This document shows, in pieces, positions 31,354 through 39,360 of a DNA stretch of 64,000 nucleotides. The number at the start of each line of letters is the position of its first letter. Within the stretch, counting starts at the first letter, position 1. The notes beneath the pieces are model-generated. The model was not told the origin of the DNA, did not search any database, and was given only the letters and a program-made list of their open reading frames with translations. The position numbers and the translations under genes were made by a program. Origin of the DNA: a virus. The DNA is taken from the IMG/VR virus record IMGVR_UViG_3300035703_000033, positions 45,616 to 109,615 of that record; one strand, written 5' to 3'.

Positions 31354-31713
31354 ATGTTATTAAGTAAAGATATTATTCACATAATAAATCCTGGGAATGA
31401 GCAATATTTTAATGAAGAGGTACATGTTGCCGCATGTTTTATTATTGATGATATAGTTGTTGAAAATGGTATGTATTCTAGAGAGTTTTTTGATTTGTTC
31501 AATAGATCTCATATTGAAGAAAAAGAACAATATGAAAACGGAGATATACGCATTGCATTAACAGAAAGCGGTAGTGTGGAAAAACAACACATGATATTAG
31601 ATGAAAGGCTTGCTTCTATAATGTTAAGTAATCCACAGTTAATTGAAGTCCCAGAAAATATGCGATGGGTTACAATTGGGTCTCAATATATAGATGGAGT
31701 GTTCTATCCATGA
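31354..31713 (+). CDS. hypothetical protein (fibre-associated)
   Basis: ACFIIDDIVV..DERLASIMLSNP..IGSQYIDGVF, a type often seen after fibre genes. Confidence 0.6.
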   Translation: MLLSKDIIHIINPGNEQYFNEEVHVAACFIIDDIVVENGMYSREFFDLFNRSHIEEKEQYENGDIRIALTESGSVEKQHMILDERLASIMLSNPQLIEVPENMRWVTIGSQYIDGVFYP

Positions 31714-31964
31714 CAGAAAAAACTAAATGGGAACAGTATTTAGAAAAGCAAAAAGATAAAAGTCCAAATAAATCTGTAAAGCCGTGGGATTTAATAAATC
31801 CAAATACAGAATATGTGGATAAAGAAATTTCAGCACAAAGATATGAAATTTGTAAGCAGTGTCCTGAGCTTTTTGATTTAACAAAACAGTGTAAAAAATG
31901 CGGATGCTTTATGGCATTAAAAACTAAGCTGACAGAGGCTACATGCCCTATAGGTAAATGGTAA
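31710..31964 (+). CDS. small Cys-rich protein (DUF6171-like)
   Basis: RYEICKQCPEL..QCKKCGCFM..KTKL..ATCPIGKW; ATGA overlap start at 31710. Confidence 0.7.
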   Translation: MTEKTKWEQYLEKQKDKSPNKSVKPWDLINPNTEYVDKEISAQRYEICKQCPELFDLTKQCKKCGCFMALKTKLTEATCPIGKW

Positions 31965-32857
31965 TGTCTAGTATATTTGTTCAAATACCATCTTATCATG
32001 ATTATGAATTAAAAAGAACTATTGTTGATGCCATAAAACAAAGCTCTGGATCACATATAATTAATTTTGGAGTTCATGTTACATATTTTGACAATATTGA
32101 TTTTGATATTCCAGACCTTCCAAATGTAAGGCTAGAGATATCCAAAGCTCCTAAAAATATTGGAGTCGGAGCTAGCAGGTATATAGCAAATTCACTATAT
32201 TCTGGGGAAGACTATTACTTGCAAATAGATTCTCATATGAGGTTTGAAAAAAATTGGGATCATAATTTAATTACAGATTATCTTGATAAAAAAGCACATG
32301 GAGCAAATCCAGTAATATCCGCCTACCCAGGGGCATATGAGTACAATAATGGTAGCCTCAATATACTAAATAGCAAAGCACATGTTGCATATACAGATTT
32401 TATTCAGGAGTTAAGTTTTCAGGGAGATGTTGTTCCGCATCAAAGAGCCGTAGGTAATTTCTCCAATAATATTTTTACTAGATCTGTTTCTGCTGCATCT
32501 ATTTTTTCAGATGGATCAATTGCGTCCATAAAGCCAAACAAAAAGATATTTTTCTGGGGAGAAGAGATATTAACTGCCGTAAGGCTTTTTACACATGGGT
32601 ATGACCTCATGCTTCCAGTTTCTCAAAACCTATATCATCTTTATTACAAGCCAGAAGATGGGTTTAAAAATTTAAGAAGGCAGGTTGGGGTAGATTTTGA
32701 ACAAGAATCTATCTTAATGGATATAGAGTCAAAAAAGGAAATAGAATCGATTATTTTGAACAATATTGTTGGGGAGTATGCGCTGGGCAGCTCTAGGACC
32801 TTGGCTGATTACCAAGAGTATGCTAGAATAGATTTTACCAATAAGGTAATTCTTTAA
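31958..32857 (+). CDS. GT60-like glycosyltransferase (Skp1-hydroxyproline/polypeptide GlcNAc-transferase family)
   Basis: SIFVQIPSY..EL..TI, GVGASR, YYLQIDSHMRF..WD, VISAYP, FWGEEI..AVRLFTHGYD, YHLY. Confidence 0.85.
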   Translation: MVMSSIFVQIPSYHDYELKRTIVDAIKQSSGSHIINFGVHVTYFDNIDFDIPDLPNVRLEISKAPKNIGVGASRYIANSLYSGEDYYLQIDSHMRFEKNWDHNLITDYLDKKAHGANPVISAYPGAYEYNNGSLNILNSKAHVAYTDFIQELSFQGDVVPHQRAVGNFSNNIFTRSVSAASIFSDGSIASIKPNKKIFFWGEEILTAVRLFTHGYDLMLPVSQNLYHLYYKPEDGFKNLRRQVGVDFEQESILMDIESKKEIESIILNNIVGEYALGSSRTLADYQEYARIDFTNKVIL

Positions 32858-32868
32858 GGAGGAATATA

Positions 32869-33078
32869 ATGCTATCAAATAGTGATAAGCTAGTAATTGT
32901 TGAGCAAAAGATCAAAAATCTTGAGTACCAAAAGTATGGTATAGAGCTAGACTTGCAGCTAGAAAATGCAACGTCTGTACCAGATCAGGAAAACTTAGAT
33001 TCAATTAATACAAGACTTGCAGACGCAAACGCTAAGCTTGATGTTTTAAATGCAGAAAAAGCATCTCTAGGAGAATAG
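32869..33078 (+). CDS. small coiled-coil hypothetical protein
   Basis: AAGGAGG RBS, 69 aa. Confidence 0.7.
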   Translation: MLSNSDKLVIVEQKIKNLEYQKYGIELDLQLENATSVPDQENLDSINTRLADANAKLDVLNAEKASLGE

Positions 33079-33086
33079 GAATATAA

Positions 33087-33260
33087 GTGTCAGATAAAGC
33101 AGAACTTATGATTATTGCCTTGCAACAAAGAATAGGCGAATTGGTTTCTGGGTATGAATCACAAATTGCTATGCTTAGAGCAGAACTTACTGAATTAATT
33201 AGGGAAAAGGAAGAGCATGAGAAAGCTATTCAAGACTACTCAGACTCCCTCCCTGGTTAA
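33087..33260 (+). CDS. small coiled-coil hypothetical protein (57 aa, absent from ORF track)
   Basis: GTG start after AGGA; MSDKAELMIIALQQRIGELVSGYESQIAMLRAELT..; fills the gap. Confidence 0.65.
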   Translation: MSDKAELMIIALQQRIGELVSGYESQIAMLRAELTELIREKEEHEKAIQDYSDSLPG

Positions 33261-33627
33261 TCAACCAACCACATTCCCATCAGGATTAGCGGTTAAAACA
33301 GAATCTGCCACCTACTGGATCAAAGATAATAAAAGATACAAGCTTATTTCTGAAAGAGCTGCAAGATCTTGGTCTTTTGTTACAGTTAACGCAACAGAGA
33401 ATGCCATATCTCATATCAAGATAGTTGGAAAATTGGGATTTAGAGATGGGACTATCATTAAAAATATATCAGATAGCAAGATATATCTAATATCTCAAAA
33501 TAAAAGAAGGCATGTGGTAAGTCCAGATGTCTTCGTTAGATATGGGCTAAGCCGAGATGCTATAATTGAGGTATCAGATGCAGAATCCAATATGCATAAT
33601 TTAGGAGAAGATTTAAATGCCATATGA
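33217..33627 (+). CDS. hypothetical protein
   Basis: internal two-fold repeat (YWIKDNKRY / YLISQNKRR). Confidence 0.65.
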   Translation: MRKLFKTTQTPSLVNQPTTFPSGLAVKTESATYWIKDNKRYKLISERAARSWSFVTVNATENAISHIKIVGKLGFRDGTIIKNISDSKIYLISQNKRRHVVSPDVFVRYGLSRDAIIEVSDAESNMHNLGEDLNAI

Positions 33628-34048
33628 GTTTAAGAGGTTCGATGACGGAGAGCCGCTTGATGTAAATAAGTTAAATTTAATTGTAGATAATATTACACAA
33701 TTAATTACAGATACAGCACCGCTTAGAGATTCAACAGACTCTGGCCAGGGTTACGCTTTAGTGGAGTCTGGGCTTATACAGTTTGAAGATGTAACTGGAA
33801 ACGGCACTCCAGTTCAGCAGGCAATTACATTCAAAAAGATCAGCGCAGAGGCAGCACAAGCTGGGAAGGTGCATGTAGTTGCGTCATTAAACAATGGATT
33901 ACGTGCAGACGAAGATGTATTTGTTTCCGTAGGAGCAATATCGACTGGCACACCTCAAGTTATGTTGAAGGTAAATATTACTGGTAAGTCTATCAAGCCA
34001 AGAGCAACATACAATGTGCGTTGGATAGCTGTAGAGAACAAAATCTAG
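33617..34048 (+). CDS. hypothetical protein, possibly virion-associated
   Basis: FDDGEPLDVNKLN N-terminus, VRWIAV C-terminus. Confidence 0.6.
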   Translation: MPYEFKRFDDGEPLDVNKLNLIVDNITQLITDTAPLRDSTDSGQGYALVESGLIQFEDVTGNGTPVQQAITFKKISAEAAQAGKVHVVASLNNGLRADEDVFVSVGAISTGTPQVMLKVNITGKSIKPRATYNVRWIAVENKI

Positions 34049-34050
34049 TA

Positions 34051-34078
34051 TTGACAAGTTTGTATTTAATGCTACACT
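34051..34078 (+). promoter_or_regulatory. sigma70/HrdB-like promoter at start of replication module
   Basis: TTGACA-N16-TACACT with TG extension. Confidence 0.6.
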
Positions 34079-34092
34079 ATCGGTGTAGTATC

Positions 34093-34117
34093 AAAGTCAC
34101 GCACCCGTGACTTTTTT
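34093..34117 (+). terminator. intrinsic terminator
   Basis: AAAGTCACG-CACC-CGTGACTTTTTT. Confidence 0.75.
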
Positions 34118-34132
34118 AATATAGGGAATTTA

Positions 34133-34936
34133 ATGAGTAATGATTTAAAGTGGATGCTGTCTTCTGATCAGCAATTTCCATATCAAGATGATAAGATGAT
34201 CGAGCTTTGGTTTAAGGTAATGAAGTGGTTTAAGCCAGACGTAGTAGATTATCTTGGAGATACAGATGATCAAGCATGTTACAGTAAGTACAATGAGGGA
34301 TTGTCTTCAGAATTTTTAGCTCTGCATAAGACAGATAGCAAAGATTTAATTGTTCCAATGATGCGACATGAGGCTAAAGGTGCAAGAGATTTTTATACAA
34401 AAACAAGAGAGATGCTTCCAGATGCTCAGCTATTTTCAGCATTAGGAAATCATGATATTAGAATTTTTAATTATATGGATGCAAAGCTTCCAGAATATCT
34501 AAATGATGTAACTCCAGAAACTTTATGGAATTTAGATTCTTTGGGGTATGAGTATATTTATTATGATTCATTGCCAAAACGTCGTTTTGGAGATATACAT
34601 GTTCATCACGGAATTTCAATTTCTGCCACTGGATCAGTTAGAAAAGACATGGAAGACATGCAGGTATCTTTAATTCGTGGGCACTCTCATAGAATTGCTT
34701 CACATATGGTAACTTATGAACTAAGAAATAATGGAAATGGCGAGACGCTAAGAGGTTATGAGATTGGACATATGTGTGATGAAAAGGGTCCAGGGATGAA
34801 GTATACTCAGCACCACGATTGGCAAAAAGGTTTTGCTATTGCTCATATTGAAAATGGAGAATATCCACACATTCAAATGATCCACGTATCACCAGATTAC
34901 TCGTGTGTGGTAGATGGAAAGTTATTTAAGCTATGA
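34133..34936 (+). CDS. calcineurin-like metallophosphoesterase
   Basis: SDQQ, LGDTDD, GNHD, HHG, GHSHR motifs. Confidence 0.85.
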   Translation: MSNDLKWMLSSDQQFPYQDDKMIELWFKVMKWFKPDVVDYLGDTDDQACYSKYNEGLSSEFLALHKTDSKDLIVPMMRHEAKGARDFYTKTREMLPDAQLFSALGNHDIRIFNYMDAKLPEYLNDVTPETLWNLDSLGYEYIYYDSLPKRRFGDIHVHHGISISATGSVRKDMEDMQVSLIRGHSHRIASHMVTYELRNNGNGETLRGYEIGHMCDEKGPGMKYTQHHDWQKGFAIAHIENGEYPHIQMIHVSPDYSCVVDGKLFKL

Positions 34937-35121
34937 TGAGTTGTGGTAAGTGTAATGGTAGAGTTTTTGTTGATAGGGTATTTTCACAAAAACTACATGT
35001 AGAGCTTTTCTGCATAATGTGCGGTAAAAGATGGATGCTGAATAAGGATAGAAGTGCGCTTGGAAGATGGCTAGAGGAGACAGAATTAAACCAGCAAAAA
35101 AACTTAGCTATTTTTTCTTAA
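34933..35121 (+). CDS. small zinc-ribbon protein
   Basis: CGKC..CIMCG. Confidence 0.7.
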   Translation: MMSCGKCNGRVFVDRVFSQKLHVELFCIMCGKRWMLNKDRSALGRWLEETELNQQKNLAIFS

Positions 35122-35552
35122 ATAACAAAATACATAAAGTATTAAAGTTATCTAGAGCTAAAGATGAGTTAATTGCTTGGTGCTATCCTGATAAAAAAAG
35201 AGTTCTATATTCTTATTCACAGGTAAAGAAGAATATGGAAAATGCATACAGCACACAAAACGTTTCTGATATTCTAGGTAAGCACAAGGTTACAATAGAG
35301 GATTATATTTTAGATGGTAAAATAAAAAGACCACACGTGGTTTATCCTATTGGAAATCCAGACAGCTCCTGGTATAAGTTTATGTTTTCTATAAATGATA
35401 TTTTAGATCTGCATGACTTTATATTAGAATCAGGATACTCTAAAAATATGCCATCAAAAAACGAGCTACTTGCCAGATTGAGGCACAATATGATATTGTA
35501 TACCAAAACGACTAACGGCGATTTTGTTCCAGTATGGAAGGCGGAAGAGTGA
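35067..35552 (+). CDS. helix-turn-helix DNA-binding protein (MerR/Xis-like)
   Basis: YSTQNVSDILGKHKVTIEDYILDGKI. Confidence 0.6.
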   Translation: MARGDRIKPAKKLSYFFLNNKIHKVLKLSRAKDELIAWCYPDKKRVLYSYSQVKKNMENAYSTQNVSDILGKHKVTIEDYILDGKIKRPHVVYPIGNPDSSWYKFMFSINDILDLHDFILESGYSKNMPSKNELLARLRHNMILYTKTTNGDFVPVWKAEE

Positions 35553-35659
35553 GTGGTAGATTTGTTATATGCAGTATTTGCAAAAAAGAAATTGAATTAC
35601 GATGGGGTATTTTTGGACATCAAACCCTTTCTCGTCACAATGCTAAGGAGCACAAATAA
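35549..35659 (+). CDS. 36-aa C2H2-like zinc-finger micro-protein
   Basis: GTGA and TAATG overlaps with both neighbours; CSIC..RHNAKEH. Confidence 0.55.
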   Translation: MSGRFVICSICKKEIELRWGIFGHQTLSRHNAKEHK

Positions 35660-35868
35660 TGTCTGAAACAAAGGTTAAGGTTGATCTATCTTTTACAAGA
35701 AATCTAGGAAACTATGAGAGTATTAAAATTGGTATTGGCGTTGAGGACAATGTTCGTGAAGGAGAAAACGTCGACACTGCTACAGAAAGAGTTTATAGGT
35801 TTGTTGAAAGTAAATTAATTGAAAAGACAAATGAGGTAGAAGAGGAATTAAAGGGTGGCGGAAAGTAA
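35659..35868 (+). CDS. hypothetical protein
   Basis: TRNLGNYESIKIGIG; AAGGAG RBS. Confidence 0.7.
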   Translation: MSETKVKVDLSFTRNLGNYESIKIGIGVEDNVREGENVDTATERVYRFVESKLIEKTNEVEEELKGGGK

Positions 35869-36169
35869 ACAACCTTATATTTTATTAAGCTTATATCAAA
35901 ATTTATATAAGGATAGATATAATAAACAGGCAAAGCTTAATAAATATCGTGATAAGTGGGCTATGCAAGATGTCATAGATACTGTAGGATATGATAGGGC
36001 TAAAGAGCTTCTAGAATATTATTTTAAAACAGGTAAGGTTGGGCACCCGCTACAATTTTTCTTTTATAACTTTGATTCAATGGATAGGATTAAGGAAGAG
36101 TCTGATAAAGATAAAGTAAATAGAATTAAGTTGCGTGAACAAACAAAAAGAATGGTGGAGGAAGAGTGA
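35855..36169 (+). CDS. hypothetical protein upstream of helicase
   Basis: 104-aa ORF coupled to dnaB. Confidence 0.65.
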   Translation: MAESKQPYILLSLYQNLYKDRYNKQAKLNKYRDKWAMQDVIDTVGYDRAKELLEYYFKTGKVGHPLQFFFYNFDSMDRIKEESDKDKVNRIKLREQTKRMVEEE

Positions 36170-37416
36170 ATACAGAGGCGGAACTAATATCTGCAGTATG
36201 CAAAAACAAAGACATTAGCGTACTTCTTGCAGATAACGTAGATGAAATTTTTACTTCTCACAAAGATATATGGGAGGGATTAAAAAGCTATTACTATAAA
36301 TTTAGAGCCGTACCAGAAGCTGGTATCTTGCAAGAAAAATTTAGTGATTTTGAGCCAGTAGCTACCAAAGCAGAGACTGGGTATTATCTTGAAAAGCTAA
36401 AAAATGAATATTTAACTTCAAGGTTAAAGTCAATTATACTCCATGCTGGAGCAGCCCTAAAGGAAGATGCAGCAGCCAGGGTATTGGCTGATGTTCAGGG
36501 TAGACTGTCTAACCTAAGTAGATATACAAATAACGTTAGAGACATTGATGTTACTGATATTGAGGCTGCAGAAAAACACTTTTTATCAGTAAAGGAAAGA
36601 TCAGCTGTAATGGGTGGAAGCCCAGGAATCCTAACTGGTTTTGATGCCATAGATAAAGCTTACCCTACAGGAATGGCCCCAGGACACCTTATAGTCGCCA
36701 TTGGCTGGCCAGGTAGGGGTAAGACATGGTTTACCTCGTATCTAGCCTGTAAGGCCTGGGAACAGGGTTTTAGACCTATGATTATTTCTCTTGAGATGTC
36801 TCCAGAAAATATGCGTGACCGTATTTATACACTCCTAGGTTCTGGTATTTTTAAAGCTAGCGACTTATCTAAGGGAGATATTAATATTGATGACTTTAAG
36901 TCTTGGGGAAAGAAAAAGTTTGATAATAAGGGAAGTTTTGTTCTTGTTTCAAACGAAGGGTTTGGAGAGGTTACTCCTGCCACGGTTCAAGGTAAGATTG
37001 ACCAACATAAGCCAGATTTAGTTATTCTTGACTACCATCAACTATTTAATGACAATAAACGTAGTAATTCTGAAGTAGAAAGAAATAGAAATATTTCACG
37101 TGAGTTTAAATTGCTTGCAGTTACAAATAATATTCCTATTATTGATATTACTGCTGCAACTGCTGATGACATATCTGATCAAGACGATCCTCCAATGATG
37201 AGTCAAGTAGCTTGGTCGAAGGCTATCGAATATGATGCTGATATGGCTATGGCTATTCATAGGTATCCGAATACAAACATGATTGAGGTTGTTAGCAGAA
37301 AAAATAGGCATGGTCATGAATTTGATTTCTATCTGGACTGGGATATCAATCGTGGAATAATTAAGCCTATTTATGAGAGTTTGCCAGATATGAAGAATGC
37401 TGCACAGGCAAATTAA
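36166..37416 (+). CDS. dnaB: DnaB-like replicative helicase
   Basis: Walker A GWPGRGKT, SLEMS, LVILDYHQL, IEYDAD, KNRHG. Confidence 0.92.
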   Translation: MNTEAELISAVCKNKDISVLLADNVDEIFTSHKDIWEGLKSYYYKFRAVPEAGILQEKFSDFEPVATKAETGYYLEKLKNEYLTSRLKSIILHAGAALKEDAAARVLADVQGRLSNLSRYTNNVRDIDVTDIEAAEKHFLSVKERSAVMGGSPGILTGFDAIDKAYPTGMAPGHLIVAIGWPGRGKTWFTSYLACKAWEQGFRPMIISLEMSPENMRDRIYTLLGSGIFKASDLSKGDINIDDFKSWGKKKFDNKGSFVLVSNEGFGEVTPATVQGKIDQHKPDLVILDYHQLFNDNKRSNSEVERNRNISREFKLLAVTNNIPIIDITAATADDISDQDDPPMMSQVAWSKAIEYDADMAMAIHRYPNTNMIEVVSRKNRHGHEFDFYLDWDINRGIIKPIYESLPDMKNAAQAN

Positions 37417-37693
37417 AAGATTTCAGATTGATGTAGAGTTTAAAGATGACTCTGATATTATCCGAATTAGAAATCAGTATGAAAATATGATTACTATGGA
37501 TATGAGGCAAAAGGGTTATCTTAGACTACTTGACATAGACCCAGTATTTTCTGTAGAATTTACTGGAGAGACATGGAAGTTCTTAATGACTATCTATGGT
37601 ATATACGTTGGAAAGAAGAAGGCATGGGTTTCAGAGGGGGTATCTCAGTGGAAAATAATTCCACGTACACGCCATCGCATATCAAGTCTGTAA
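37397..37693 (+). CDS. hypothetical protein
   Basis: 98-aa ORF overlapping helicase end and primase start. Confidence 0.6.
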   Translation: MLHRQIKRFQIDVEFKDDSDIIRIRNQYENMITMDMRQKGYLRLLDIDPVFSVEFTGETWKFLMTIYGIYVGKKKAWVSEGVSQWKIIPRTRHRISSL

Positions 37694-38619
37694 TTAAAAA
37701 CTTAGGGCTTAATGTACTGTCTGAATCAAATGATAATTTAAGTTTATACTGCCCTTTTCATAACAATACAAATACATACAGCTTTAGCATAAGTGCAATA
37801 AATGGTGCATGGCTTTGTTTTAATCCATCTTGTGGAGAGTCTGGTTCATTAACTGATCTTGTTAAAAAGATTTTAAATAAAAATGATTTTCAGGCATTAA
37901 GATTTATAATGTCTTATGCTAATTCAGAAGACGATATGTTTGATGAAGAGCTCAGGTCGCTGCTTGAGGATAAGCCAGACTTTGAAGAGTTTTCTCAAGA
38001 AACACTAAATAACTTATATCAAGAGCTGGGCAAGTCTGAAAATGCACGAGAATATTTTAAGTCAAGAAAAATTAATGAAGACTCTATGCATTATTTTAAA
38101 TTAGGATATTCATCTAATATGAATATGGTTATAGTTCCAGTACATAGTCCAGATGGAATTCCAGTTGGTTTGGTTGGTAGATCAATTTCTGATAAGCGGT
38201 TTAAAAATAGCACCAACTTGCCAAAAAATAAAACTATGTTTAATATACATAGAGCAAAAAAAGTAGGAAGCAATGTAATTATTGTTGAGTCTGCATTTGA
38301 TGCGATATTAGTCCATCAAGCAGGATTTCCTAATGTGGTTGCAACTTTAGGTGGTCATATTTCAAAAGATAATATATCATCTTTAAATAGGTACTTTAAT
38401 AAGATAATAATCATGACAGACTCAGACGAAGCAGGTAGAAAACTTGGTTTGAATATCTCAGATAGATTAAAAAACAAAGAGGTCTTGTGGGCTTCTTACG
38501 AATATGGTAAGATATACCCACATGGTGCAAAAGATGCAGGCGACATGTCAGATACTGAAATTAAGCAATGCATCAATAATGCAGTTTCCGATATCGAATA
38601 TCGATCTTGGAACCCATAG
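37624..38619 (+). CDS. dnaG: DNA primase (Zn finger plus TOPRIM)
   Basis: CPFH..CFNPSC, IIVESAFDA, MTDSDEAG, KDAGD; start uncertain (track gives 37573). Confidence 0.88.
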   Translation: MGFRGGISVENNSTYTPSHIKSVIKNLGLNVLSESNDNLSLYCPFHNNTNTYSFSISAINGAWLCFNPSCGESGSLTDLVKKILNKNDFQALRFIMSYANSEDDMFDEELRSLLEDKPDFEEFSQETLNNLYQELGKSENAREYFKSRKINEDSMHYFKLGYSSNMNMVIVPVHSPDGIPVGLVGRSISDKRFKNSTNLPKNKTMFNIHRAKKVGSNVIIVESAFDAILVHQAGFPNVVATLGGHISKDNISSLNRYFNKIIIMTDSDEAGRKLGLNISDRLKNKEVLWASYEYGKIYPHGAKDAGDMSDTEIKQCINNAVSDIEYRSWNP

Positions 38620-38665
38620 TATAAAATAACAGATGGATATATACCATCAAATATAAGGAGAAAAA

Positions 38666-39337
38666 ATGGGTATCGTAAAAGGTCTTAAGGATCTAAATAA
38701 AGCACTCGATAAGCCACAGTCTAGCAGTGGTGAGGGTTCAAAGGCACGTTGGTTGAAGCTAGAAGATGGTGAAAGTATCAAGATTCGTTTCTTGCAGGAA
38801 TTGGATCCAGATTCACCAGAATACAATGACAAGCTTGGATTAGGCTTTATTGCAGTAGAACATACAAATCCAGGTGACTATCGACGTAAAGCTCTATGCT
38901 CTATGGACGATCAGGGTAAGTGTTGGGGTTGCGAACAGCACCGCAAGGATTACAAGAAGGGCTGGAAGGGTCGCTCACGACTTTACATCAACGTGCTAGT
39001 TGATGACGGTAAGGAAGAGCCTTATGTAGCAGTTCTTTCTCAAGGAAGCAGCGGAAAGACTATCACTCCAACCGTAATTGAATATGCTGGAGAAATGGGA
39101 TCAATCACTAATTTGATGTGGCGAATTAAGCGTTCAGGCACAAAGACAGACACAAGCTACACAATTATTCCTCTTGCAAAAGATGAAGAAAAGTTTGATT
39201 CTTCTTCATTAGAGCTTTATAAGCTTGAAGAGGTTGCAGTACGTGATTTGCCATATACAGAACAAGAAGCTTTCTTTAACGGAGAAGGCGGACACGAAGA
39301 AACAGCAGACTCTACCTCAAGCACGGTAGACTGGTAA
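38666..39337 (+). CDS. single-stranded DNA-binding protein (gp32-like)
   Basis: WLKLEDGESIKIRFL, H..C..CWGC Zn site, acidic tail; between primase and polymerase. Confidence 0.7.
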   Translation: MGIVKGLKDLNKALDKPQSSSGEGSKARWLKLEDGESIKIRFLQELDPDSPEYNDKLGLGFIAVEHTNPGDYRRKALCSMDDQGKCWGCEQHRKDYKKGWKGRSRLYINVLVDDGKEEPYVAVLSQGSSGKTITPTVIEYAGEMGSITNLMWRIKRSGTKTDTSYTIIPLAKDEEKFDSSSLELYKLEEVAVRDLPYTEQEAFFNGEGGHEETADSTSSTVDW

Positions 39338-39360
39338 TATAGAGTTAGGCGGAGAGTTAA

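Noticed and set aside
38632-38648. GATGG-N7-CCATC hairpin before the SSB gene as an autoregulatory element
   Set aside because: A 5-bp stem is too weak to distinguish from chance.
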